NCBI GenBank assembly: GCA_025786725.1
Contig: JAHLTZ010000001.1
Coordinates: 124,001-188,000, forward strand
Length of the DNA: 64,000 nucleotides
Origin: Syncephalis fuscata S228
Lineage: Eukaryota > Fungi > Zoopagomycota
Direction of reading: 5' to 3'
The position numbers and the translations under genes were made by a program. Below, one piece after another: positions 52,856 to 64,000 of the stretch. The notes beneath the pieces were generated by a model. The model had not been told where the DNA came from. It saw only the letters and a list, made by a program, of their open reading frames with translations, and did no database searches. The stretch's first letter is position 1; each line of letters begins with the position of its first letter.

Positions 52856-53590
52856 CTACGTGCGAGAACCACTGGTCTTTCGGTCCTTTCGCTTATGCGT
52901 GGCTCCTTTTCGTTTTGGCGACTGTTTGTTATTGGTTACCGAAGAAGCGGATTTGAATGCACGTTCATTTGAAGTAGTTTTATCGTCCTCGCCCATCGAC
53001 GTAGAGTCGGTCAATTCCGATCCAGTGGAGGTAATATCCTCATCATCGCTATTGCTAGTACTGTTAGCTGCTGGATTCATAGAACGGCTCAATTGAAGAT
53101 GGTCTGGTACAGTAGGCACTGCAAGGTAATGATCATCAATTCCTAAGCTATTGATTCTACTCTGCAAGTTTCTACTAATAGGATGCTTACGTGCCTTACT
53201 AGGTAATGTCTCCTTTTCAGTTGCCAGCAATATCGTTGTTGCTGTAGAATTTGGCTGCTTCGTTTGACGGTGGGTACGCGACAATAGCCAACTTGGCACG
53301 AGTGACTTGCCGTAAATTAGCCATACTTGCTGCCAACGAACACCAATCAACGATCGACCCGATGTCAGCTCTTGTTGAGTCTCATTAATCTTTTGCTCTA
53401 TTAGTAATAAATTCTTAATATCTGGATAGAATCGCAAAGCGATGGTAAGGACAATGGCTGACGACCAAAGTAAAAACGAAGCAATGGGTACTGGTGTCCA
53501 TAGCGACACTTTACCAATCATGTCGCACACTCTCTCAGTAAGACTGGACGGCTCATTTGTCCGGGAACGAATGGTAGTATTAGTCGACAT
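52856..53590 (-). CDS. Hypothetical protein with one hydrophobic segment and a low-complexity, basic tail
   Basis: 244-aa intronless ORF of coding-like composition in AT-rich flanks; TM-like VPIASFLLWSSAIVLTIAL. Confidence 0.55.
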   Translation of the reverse strand: MSTNTTIRSRTNEPSSLTERVCDMIGKVSLWTPVPIASFLLWSSAIVLTIALRFYPDIKNLLLIEQKINETQQELTSGRSLIGVRWQQVWLIYGKSLVPSWLLSRTHRQTKQPNSTATTILLATEKETLPSKARKHPISRNLQSRINSLGIDDHYLAVPTVPDHLQLSRSMNPAANSTSNSDDEDITSTGSELTDSTSMGEDDKTTSNERAFKSASSVTNNKQSPKRKGATHKRKDRKTSGSRT

Positions 53591-53960
53591 AATAACAATT
53601 AACCAGATGTATACGAGTATTAGTAAATCAATAAACTGGCTATAACGAAAAGTGACGATAATATAGCTTTAAATACACTTTCAGGGGGGTATAGCAAAGA
53701 TAAATAGTTCACCTTGAAGTTTAATAAATATTTACTGATGTGCGTTAAGGGGGGTATCAATAAAACATCCATTATTAACAAGCATGCATATTATCTTTCA
53801 TAATCAATGATACCAAGTCAAGGCGCTTTTTTTATTTATTCCTAATATGTATTGCCATTGATGACAACAAACCAAATGTAAACATATATATGCATACGGC
53901 AAGTGAACATCACTATGGACATGTATACTTAATGTTTGTTCGTTGGCTACGTATGCATAA

Positions 53961-56900
53961 TTAACAAAGTTCCATATCATCGCCAGCCCGATAGTTGCCA
54001 TTGCCCAAACGGTATTGTTCACGGTTTTCCGTCTCGGTGGTTGCCACCCGCAGTTCCTCAGCCAGTGGTCCGGTGCGTGTCTCACGTAGTAACGTATCAA
54101 ACTTCAATGAAGTTGTATGATCTGGCAATGTGGCCAAAGCAGCAAGCACGCGCAGCGCAGAACGAACCAATTCGCGATTCTTTTCTACTTCCTGCTTCAC
54201 GGCATTCTCCTTTAGTTTACGGGTCAGAGTAGCCTTTAGTGGATCGGCAATGTCATCGAGTCCTAACGAATAAATAATGGTTAGTAACGGTCAATCAATC
54301 ATCAATTCTATCCATCGATACTTACTCTGGATAACTGAAGTAGGCGCAACGCGAATCAATCTTGTAAGGATGAGATAAACTAGAATGCGAATATCATGCT
54401 GATCACTCAATGCTGGAATCACATGGTCTAAAAAGACCGATGTCTCAACTCGATCTACGCAAGAGTCCAGGAGTGTACACATACATTCATATGCAGCCTT
54501 GTGCTTTGTCGTTAATACTATAACCCTGAATATATGAAATAGCCTACCTTTCGTACATCAAGACCATCATCAACTTGATATTTGAACGGACCCATATCAA
54601 CAGTGTGGATAAGTTCCGGCTAAATCATCGTTATATCAATGGCCAGTAACGAATAGTGAGCGTCAAACTTACTCGAATCACTGTTTCCTTATACAGAAGC
54701 GGTAATAGCTGGTCTAGTACATCGCGTACTAATTGTGGCTTATTATGTACAACCGAGTTTAGTGTGGTAAGGGACAAATGACGTACAGTCTAGTCAATAA
54801 ACAAAGATGATGGAGTTTAGCCATAACCGTGTCGCATTATTATGATTTTCTTACCAGATCGTCGTCTTTCATCAATGACAAAAATTCCACAAGGAGCGGA
54901 CGTAGTAAATCGTCATAGGCACGTGATTGAACACTTGTAAAGGTGAATTTGACAGCCGCAATTGAGGCAGCACGCCAACGAGCCGAATCAGATTGAATGC
55001 GTGTTTGTAATTCAGGCAAGAATTTACTTGGATTGGCCAATGTTAAACGACCAATACACTCGGCAACGACGTTCTTTGAGGTTTCTTCATCGGTACTGCT
55101 TTCTGTGTATAGTAGATCCCTATTATCATTAACTATATTATTAATAAAAATGCAATTATAACAATTTATACGTGCCAGATTTCATCAGCATATTTCTCCA
55201 TTAATTGTGTTCGATCATCAGATGAATAGCGTGTAATAGTCTATATATGTATGTATTAATAAAATAATTGCCATTAATGTTACGGTTATTATTATTATTA
55301 GTAGTTAATTACTTCTTTAAGTGCATTGAGTAGTAAATAACGACGGTTGTCATTTAGTTTAATTTCTTGAATAATCAATGGCAAATAAAGCGGAACATTG
55401 CCAGCGGCCAAATTACCTAATATAATAAAAACTGTTATTAATTTAATTCTGTTTAATATAGAAATACTTGCCTAAAGCAAAGGATGCCGATACTTTAACA
55501 TCTTCCGATTTATCTGAGATTAATCCTAATAATTGGGCATGTAATTGCTCGTAGTCACTTAAATCACTAAAAAGTAATATTAGTATATATATATATATGT
55601 AAATTAAGCTAATGCTTACCAGCTACGACCAATCTCGCCTAGTGTTTGTAAAGAGGCACAACGTAGTGATTCTGAATTAGAAGTAGTCTAAATAAACGAG
55701 TAAATAAATCTGTAAATATTAATATATTTAATATATTAAACATAATTACCTCTGCTTGTTGAATAAGCTTGGCAATAACACTCTTTTGTTTATTTGGTGC
55801 TTGTAGACAGCAAACGGCAGCACAACGAGCAATATTTGTATACACCTATTCAATTAAATGTATTATTAATATATTATAATATGTTGGTTGTTAATATCAC
55901 TGACCTGTTTTGAGGTGGCTGCAGCAGTCGATTGTGTATTAGATGTACATAACGTAAATAGATGATCAAATAGTTCAACCGACTGGGCAGGATTGGCTTT
56001 AGCCATTGCTGCATAGAAACGAGTTAATGCTTCTAATGGACTACCCTGTACTAATGGCGACACTACAAGCCTGTGAGCATAGACCGTAATATCACTATTA
56101 ACCAGAGACCATAAATCGGTCTTTCTCATTACAATGGCTGCTGTACAATTTAATGCCAATGGCAATAATTGTAAATCATCGTCATTAATAAGAAGACGAC
56201 AGGCATCAATAAGCTCGACATATTGTTCACGAGGTATGTTATCGCCATAACTAAATGTAAATAATAAGTAATTATGACCATATAAATACTGGCGCTTACA
56301 CTTCAATAAAGGCCACAATACAAGAAAGGGCACCAATCTTTGTTGGTCGACGACCTGTACGTACTAGACGAACAATATTACGTGCCCCTTGACCAACTAC
56401 TTGCTGAATAATGGGCTGTACTTTAGCATCAGTGGCCGTGTCACTTTGCACAGTGCTGCGTAGAGCACGTAGTGCTGCTACTTGTGTACCTTCATTGCCG
56501 CATCGTTCGAGTAAAATAGCCAATGCATCCGATAAAGGAATCTGTTTGCTGGCACGAGCACAAAGAATGCCTAGTGCATCGACAGAGCGTTCACGTACTT
56601 CTTGGTCGGCATCAAGAGTACGGGCGTGACTTTGGACTGCATCATAGATGGCATCAATGGATACATCAGCTGGCGATTCGGCCAAGGTCATTGCTACGAC
56701 TAGATCACCACAAGTACGAATAGCTTCGGCAGAAATCTTGTAGAATCGATCATGAGTCGCTGAACATAAAGCGGGTACAAGTGTGACCAAATGGGCGGCA
56801 AATACCGATAACGGTAGATGGCGCACCACTTGGCGCAAGAATAGAATTGCTTCAATCTTAAGACTGGATGCAGAACTGCTAAGCTGCTGACTGGATGTAG

Positions 56901-58936
56901 CATGTTGTGTCTGGTATTGCTGATCACCACTTGCACCAAAGGTTAGCGTCTCCGTCAATACGGGAACGAATAGTTCAAACTGTTCTGAAGTCAAACTTGA
57001 TTGGTGTAGTACTTGAACGAGATTGGCTAATAGTGAGAATCCTGTTTGACGTGTGGCCGCTGTAATGGTCTTTGATTTGCCACGCATCTGTTTGGCCAAT
57101 CGTTGGCATATACGCGGTATTAATTGACCCAGTAATCGTAGACTGGCACTAAATAGATAGCAATAATAGTGTATTAATATTAGCAATAATAATAATAAAT
57201 ACTTAATTACATACTTTGTATCCGTAGATGTATCAGTATCTGACATTGTATCTGCACTAACGCCGTTTACTTGGCCATCCTTGGCATGGACGGCGGTTTG
57301 GCGCAATAGGCCAATAAATGCTTGAAGCACCTCGATTCTGACAGTTTCTTCTCGTTCATTAAACCGTGATACAAGTTTGGGCGCCACTTGTTCGTAGAAA
57401 TAGACCAAATATTCAGGCCGAGTACCAATTAATCCGGCCAGTGTTTTGGTTGCACCACGACGTACTTTCCACGAAGTATCATCATCATCGGAATAGTTAC
57501 TAATAACATTTAATTAATACGGATTTAATTATAATCGATAAATAATACGTAATTACTTACTCTTCATAATCTTCATCCTCTTCATCTTCATCCTCTTCAT
57601 CTTCACCACCACCATCTTCCATTGTATCGTCCTCGTCACTTTCATCAACTGCATAATTTGGATCATAAGTGATTTGTTGAAGACACAATGTAGTGACGGT
57701 TTCCAAATGCGGTTTAACGGCTGCCGGACAGCGTAAAACAAACGTTTCCAAGGTCTATATGTATTAAATTATGCTATTAATAAGCCATTAGTGATGTAAT
57801 AATAACCAAGCCTACCTGTAAGCACTGTTCGCGTAAATCGTCATCTTCCTTTGTCTGGGCATGTTCAACGACCAACGGCAAGAATTTATTTATATAATTG
57901 CTAAATCTTTGTGGATTATTGCGACTGCATAATAAATAACAATTGTAATAATTAGTCTATCAATAAAATACAATTTCATTACAATTTACCAAATAGCATT
58001 TAAGCAAATAACTGCAGTGCGTGTACTTTCTGGCCGCGAAGTCTTAGAGGACAGTTCTCGTTGCATTAGATCGGCCAATTCTTCAAATAATGTGCCACTT
58101 GTATGTCGCACCAAATTACCTATAGACCATCATCTATTAATATGTAACAGTACAATCTATCAACAGTCGTCCTACCAATAACAATAGTGGCCCGTTTACG
58201 AGTAGCAGCCCGTTGATGATCAAGCATCGGAAGAACAACACGTTGAACATCGGCCAATTGAGCCGGTTGCATCACATGACCGAATCGAGCAAGACTTTCA
58301 GCAAGTAGATCTAATTGATCCATATGAGCTTCATTGGACAGTTCACTCTATAGTATATCATTAATTAAAGTGGCGTATAAACTGCTATAGCTAAATACGT
58401 ACATCACTTAGTTGAACCAGTAGTTTTGGTACTAATTTACTACTTAAATAGGCACCTTCAACTGTACCAGCAGGGATTTCCACCACTACAATCTTTAAGC
58501 CTAGACTGGCCACTTCACGTAGTGATGCCTGTTCCTTTTGTGCTACCAACTGGCACAATTGATCAATCATATCCTGAAGTCGGACATTCTGGACTTTACG
58601 AGCTAGAGCACCCAGACTATAATACGTGTATACGATGTGTTAATAAAGATGTATATGACAAATCGTTATTTGCTATCGCCACTTACCATTGTACAGCCAA
58701 GTTTTGCACTTCTCCATTAGAATCACGGACCATCTTTAGTACGGTATCCACTAGTCTCCGTTCTGCATTGTCGTCCAGTTTGTAGGTTGACTTTTGTAGC
58801 TCTGATTGTAAATCATTGAGGGCCATGAACCGAATATCGGCATCATGCGAGTCCATCTTATTACAACATAAATGTCACGTCCATCTTTCTATTAGCGTCT
58901 ATTTACCTTGCCCAACAATTCGTTAATTCCCGACAT
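53961..58936 (-). CDS. CAND1: Cullin-associated NEDD8-dissociated protein 1 (TIP120), multi-exon HEAT-repeat protein
   Basis: [101 protein letters not shown]. Confidence 0.96.
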
Positions 58937-59133
58937 TTTGAGAATAGTAACGAGAAATACAGATAACCAAAAACAAAGACAGTTAGATGAATAGACAAGT
59001 AAGCGTAGTGTAAAAAGTAGACAAAGGTAGTGACGCAAGCTGTTATGAATCATATCCAATCATTTAAATTAATTTATTACAAGTATTCAATATTTATTAC
59101 AAATATTTCATGTTTATTATATGTATTTAGTAT

Positions 59134-60527
59134 TTATTGTAAACTATCAACAATTCCCGTTAATGCTTCATCACGTTGTTGTTGAAGTTTGCGCTATTTT
59201 GTAATAATTATAATATTAATGCTACTGGCATTATTGGTATTTTTAACACTTACTAATTGTTCACGTGTTTCTTCAAGTTTTAATCGTGCTAGATTTAAAT
59301 CCTAAATCATTCATTGGTATATATCATTAATAAATATGAATGTATATAAACCGATTGCTTACAGGTGGCAATGAATGAAATGCATTAACTTGACGAGCTA
59401 CCTTTTGATGTGTTAATCTCATTTGTTCGACGGTCTTTTCAAGTTCTAGTATATCTTCAATACGAAGCTGTTCTTTTACTACACCTGTTGCTTCATAATG
59501 TGCCATATGCTGTGTTGTTTTTGTATCATATTCATCGGCTTTTTGACTTAATACAGTAATATTCTGCCGCCATTCAAGTATCCGTTGACGAGCTTCCTCG
59601 TGGGATGTTGTAGCAGTGGCACTTTGTCTATACATCATAATACGTTCTATCAAACGCTGTAATATTAATAAATACTTACGTTTTTATAGTTGATAATTGA
59701 GCCGCTAGCTGTCGTCGTTGTGCACGGATATGGTTCATTTTGTCGTTTAGCTGAATTTCACGTAGCTGTTGTGTAAATTCGTCAGTAGTTAAATCGTGTA
59801 TCGCTGCAGTAACGCTGTAATAATACATCAATTAATGATATATTATAATTAAGAGATAATAGCTAACCTGCCCCGTGTTAATCGTTGTAATTTTAGGCAA
59901 TGGGCTAGACGTGACAATGACATGATGCGTCTATTAATATTGCGTGGAAGTTGGTCGAGTTTTAGACCGGCTGCCGCTTCAAGTGTTTGATTTATACGAT
60001 TTGCTATTTATTGATTAGCATGACTAGTTATTAGGTCAGCTTATTATTTATCTACCTTCAAGACTATATTCCGCATTATGACGTGTTGTATTATCGATAA
60101 AGGTACGTGCTGCACTATCGCGTGTTACATTTAAATGCATCAAAGCGTAAAGTGTACGCAGGTTATGTGGCGTATGTGCTATGAACGGTAAGATAGCGTC
60201 TTGTTCCGTGGCATATAAATCTTCTAGCCAGGCTGTAATCTAACCGAAAAGTTCAGTAATATTTTCTTGCTATTCTTTGGCCTAACCTGCCTGGCGCCAC
60301 TCGGCCTCGTCGCTGTGAAGGGTCGCGGCTGACGTGCTTAAGTTGGCGAGGAATGAATCGTCGACTGACATGAAGGTCAGGTCGGAAGCGGCTAATAGCC
60401 GTGCATCCAAGCCACTATCGTCTGCGTCTGCTTCATTGCTATTCGGCTGTGACAACATAGGCGTGTCTTCGTTATCGGCGACCATTGTAATAGCTAGCTT
60501 TGAATTGTTACTGTTTGAATCAGTCAT
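59134..60527 (-). CDS. HAUS1: Augmin subunit HAUS1-like coiled-coil protein
   Basis: ITAWLEDLY...TLYAL...AEYSLE..RI...L; LSRLAHCLKL; C-terminal AFHSLPPDLNLARLKLEETREQL resembles the HAUS1 YxDLxPxxxLAxxKIEE motif. Confidence 0.7.
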
Positions 60528-61019
60528 AACAAAATTAAAAGTAATAAAATAAAAATTTATTACTTAGTTTATTAAAAAAAGAATTAATATGTAAATAAAT
60601 AGATTATTATAATAGCTATTGATGATCTATCAGTTCATTTTAAAAGTATACTATTATAAATTGTTATTAATGGCCTATTGATTTATGTTATAAGTAAATG
60701 GTTGTAAATAGCTAATAATTTATTAATTCAACTTATAAGTTATAAGCAAAACATTATAAATAGCTGTAGATTTATTAATTCATCTTTATTTGTTGAAATG
60801 ACAAAAATAAATGTCATTATCATCTGTGTTTGCCTTATATACAAAAGGAAAACAACTGGTTCAACCGAAAAGGCAAATAACAAGTCAAATAGCGCTAATA
60901 CCAATTACTATAGTGTAAATACTAACAGTAACGAGAGAAAGAGTTGCTGTTGTTGGTAGGAACAGATAAAAAGGTGTAATAGAAATGGAAAGTCTTCTCA
61001 ATAATATTAGACTACGTAT

Positions 61020-64000
61020 TTACATAGTCATGTGCTCGTGTAGCTGCGCTTGCAACTGATGAATGAGTTTAAGCATCTGCTCGTTTTCCATTCGAAGCGA
61101 TGATGCTTCGTCGGAAAGACTGACAATTTGCTCTTTTTGAACGGCAATTTGCATGTCCTTGGCATCCAATTCCTCGCGCATTGGACCATAGTCTTCACGA
61201 GCTGTAGTAATATGATCTTGAACGAGTTTCTGTTGTTCCGCTTCTAATTCAGCAATTAATTTACGATTACGCTCCTGAATATGGGTGATTTCTTCTTCGT
61301 GTTGCAATGCAAGGCTGTCCATCTGTTTATTAACCGTTTCAGTCTCTTGTTCGCGTTCTTTCATTTGTTTCGCGTATTCTTCTTCAAGTTGTTGAATATA
61401 TATCTTGTGCTGTTCAGCCTGATGAGCAAGCATAGCGTCGGCATCTACTTGATCTACATTGCGAACGGCCGCATCAGCAATCTGCTCAGCCTCTTCAAGT
61501 GCACTATTAAGTGCAGCGCGTGTCTGGCTAAGTTCGGCCTCGTGAGCTGCACGGATTTCAATTAGCTCTGCATCGTGTTGCTGACGTAGTGTATCCAATT
61601 CGGCGTGGAACTTTTCGCTATCAATTTTAGCAGTGTCAGCGTCGAATGATCGCGAACGCAATTGATCCAGTTCATTAGCCTGTTGGAGTAGCTTCTCTTC
61701 AAGCTCAGTTGTTATTTGGGCAAGTTTGGACTCGGCAGCAATATGTGCTTGCTTGGCCGTTTCAATTTCAACGTAAAGATCGGCGGCGTTAGAAATGGTG
61801 TTGGATTTGGCGGCTTCAATGGCCTCAGCATGGGCAGTCTTTAGCTCTGATAGCTCTGAAGCGTGCGTTTCACGTAATGTGGTAATTTCCGTTTGTAGAG
61901 CCACATAGCTTTCGTCGTTTACTTCTACAGATGTTGTACTGCGAGTAACCATTTCTATAGTCTCTGTATGCGATTGCTGTAGTGCCACTATCGCCACTTC
62001 ATGTTCGGCACGCAGTGAGGCCAATGCTTCTTCACGTTCAGTATGATGTCTTGCTTGATGCTCTTCTAAACTGGCAGCAGCGGCTGCTTCAGCCTCAGCG
62101 ACAGCAACGGCTACTCTCTCTTGTGCCTGTTGCACTTCAGTTTGCAATTGAATGATCTGTGCATTTAATTGTTCACGTTCGTTGTTTGCTTCTTGTTGAG
62201 CTGCTTCTAGTGCGGTCAAATGGGCAATTTCGGCCTCTTGAAGTTTGGCATCGGCATTGGCTTGAATTGCGACTAATGTGGCTTCGTGTTCAGCGTGTAG
62301 TTGATCCAACTGGGCTTGAAGAGCCAATAATTGCTCTGCAGCCTCAGAAGTGGCTGAAGAGCCTTTTGTCACCTCTGCAGCCTCTGCACGTACCGTTTCG
62401 AGCTCTTCAGCATGTATACGTGACAGTTCTTCCAAAGACTGGGCATGTGAACTAGCGAGTGCCGTTAATTCTTCAGTATGACGGCTGATGGTAGTTTCAA
62501 GCTGTAGACGCAGCTCATTCAATGTCTCGTCATCATCGTGTTGAACAATGGCAACAGCAGCAGCAGTGTTAACGGCAGTCAATTCCGCTTGATGGGCGGC
62601 TTGCAGTTCAGCGATTTGCTCGTTATGGTTTGCTGTCAGTTGGCGTAATGCTTCTTCACGTTCGTCACGGGCTGCCTGTAGAAAAGGAATGGTTACGTCG
62701 TGAACGCAAGAATGATGGAGGAGAAGAAGACAAGTGTCGCCAAACGTTAGAATGATGTCGATGCGGAAATGCATGCAATACAGATAACATTAAGCTTCTA
62801 GAGCTGCTATCTTGTATATTCATTTCCTGTATGCTCCATCTCTCTTTTATTGAGCTATACTCTCTCACTCTACTCCCCCTTCGTTCTGAATTGACACGCA
62901 CCTCCAGTTGAGCACGGGTATCCTTGGCATCCGCTGCTACCTTGTCAATCTCCGACTGGTTAACGGCAATACGTTCACGCAGTTCTTGTTCGACTTGAGC
63001 AATTTTTTCGGCATAACGTTCCTCGACCGCTTGTACTTCATCGATACGAGCTTGTTCAAGCTGTTCAATTACACTTACGTGTTGTGCTTCAATGGCAGCA
63101 ATAGCATCAGCCACACTACCTTCTTGTGCAGCACGTAAAGCATCGGCATGCTGTTCACTTAATCGAGCCAATTCAGCAACGTGGGACTCGGTAGCATTTG
63201 CCACTGCAGCAGCGACTGCAGCAGCAATTGCCTCTTCGCCTGCACCAGCTGCCGATGATGTTGCCGATTCACGTGCAGCTTCTAATTCGGCCTGATGAGA
63301 ACGCTTTAGTTCGGCTATTTCCTCAAAGTGTTCAGCAGCCAATCGTTCCGATTCATCCGACTGTGCACGTTCCGATGCAGCTAGTACTTGGATATGTGCA
63401 GTCTCCAATGCTTGAGTACGTTCTTCTAACTCACGTCGGGCCAAATTAAGCTGTTCAGTAAGTGATTCAATCTGCTCACGCAATGAAGTTACTTCTTCTT
63501 CTTTAGTCGCTAATTGTGCACGTAATGCATCGGCATCAATAGATATTTCACGTGCAATAGCATCAGATGCTTCATGCTGAATAGTTGTGGTAATAGTCTC
63601 TGCTGACTCCACAGCAGCTAGTGCAGTAGCTAGCTGTCCTTTAAGTTCAGTAACTTCACGTTCACGTTCAACCAATTTAGTGCTCTTTTCCTCAAGGGCC
63701 TTTTCACGTTCAGAGTCGCGTGTTTTAAGCAAGTTTAGCTCTTCACGTAGCTCAAGTAGACTGGCCTTGGCAGCAGCAGCACTAGCTGATCCAGCTGAAG
63801 TATTTGATGCATTTGATGCAACTGATGGCGCACGACGGGTTGTCGTAACATTAGCAGCTACTGTAGTACGTGTACGTGCAGTAGAAGTAGCTGCAGCTGA
63901 GGTTGTACGCGATGCAGTAGCAGTGGTAGTACGGCGAGCAGTGGCGGCTGATGTACCAGTAGAAGGTGTAGCGCTACTTGTACGTTTAGCAGCTACTGGC
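61020..64000 (-). CDS. Long Ala/Glu/His-rich coiled-coil protein, 5'-truncated by the window edge; intron 62676-62901
   Basis: ORFs 62665..63732 and 61020..62774 join in frame through a phase-0 GTGCGT...CTACAG intron; recurring heptad and HxxEL motifs; Ser/Thr/Arg-rich region upstream. Confidence 0.8.

Overview
Eukaryotic, intron-rich, gene-dense DNA with very AT-rich spacers and short (about 50-80 nt) GT-AG introns. It is most consistent with an early-diverging (non-Dikarya) fungus; this is an inference from gene content, and a Zoopagomycota-type organism is only a guess. Housekeeping genes recognised: a DH-PH RhoGEF, TOE1, NOP58, a PMP22/Mpv17 protein, JMJD7, CDC48, EAF6, VPS2, TSR2, an isochorismatase, a DUF202 protein, CAND1, a HAUS1-like protein, a long coiled-coil protein, tRNA-Pro(AGG) and tRNA-Glu(TTC). 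Between them lie small secreted or surface genes: two CAP/SCP proteins, a beta-repeat protein, a ligand-less GPI-type SOD-fold protein, two DM9 proteins, two secreted proteins built from tandem Opy2-type 8-Cys modules, and a Pro/Thr mucin-like protein with Cys knots and Tyr-Gly ends. Main signals: (1) a 3.05-kb near-perfect non-coding palindrome (49.3-52.3 kb) with internal tandem units and diverged relatives at about 10.8-11.6 kb and 14 kb, resembling a foldback element; (2) an identical TTTTGCT-N15-AGTCACGTGAT cassette downstream of both tRNA genes; (3) soluble Opy2-CRD repeat proteins in a secreted-protein island; (4) a single-pass receptor-like protein with a Roco-C-terminal-like cytoplasmic domain; (5) a 226-nt hairpin-forming intron. 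Many genes have single-base frameshifts in short runs, best read as consensus errors rather than pseudogenes.
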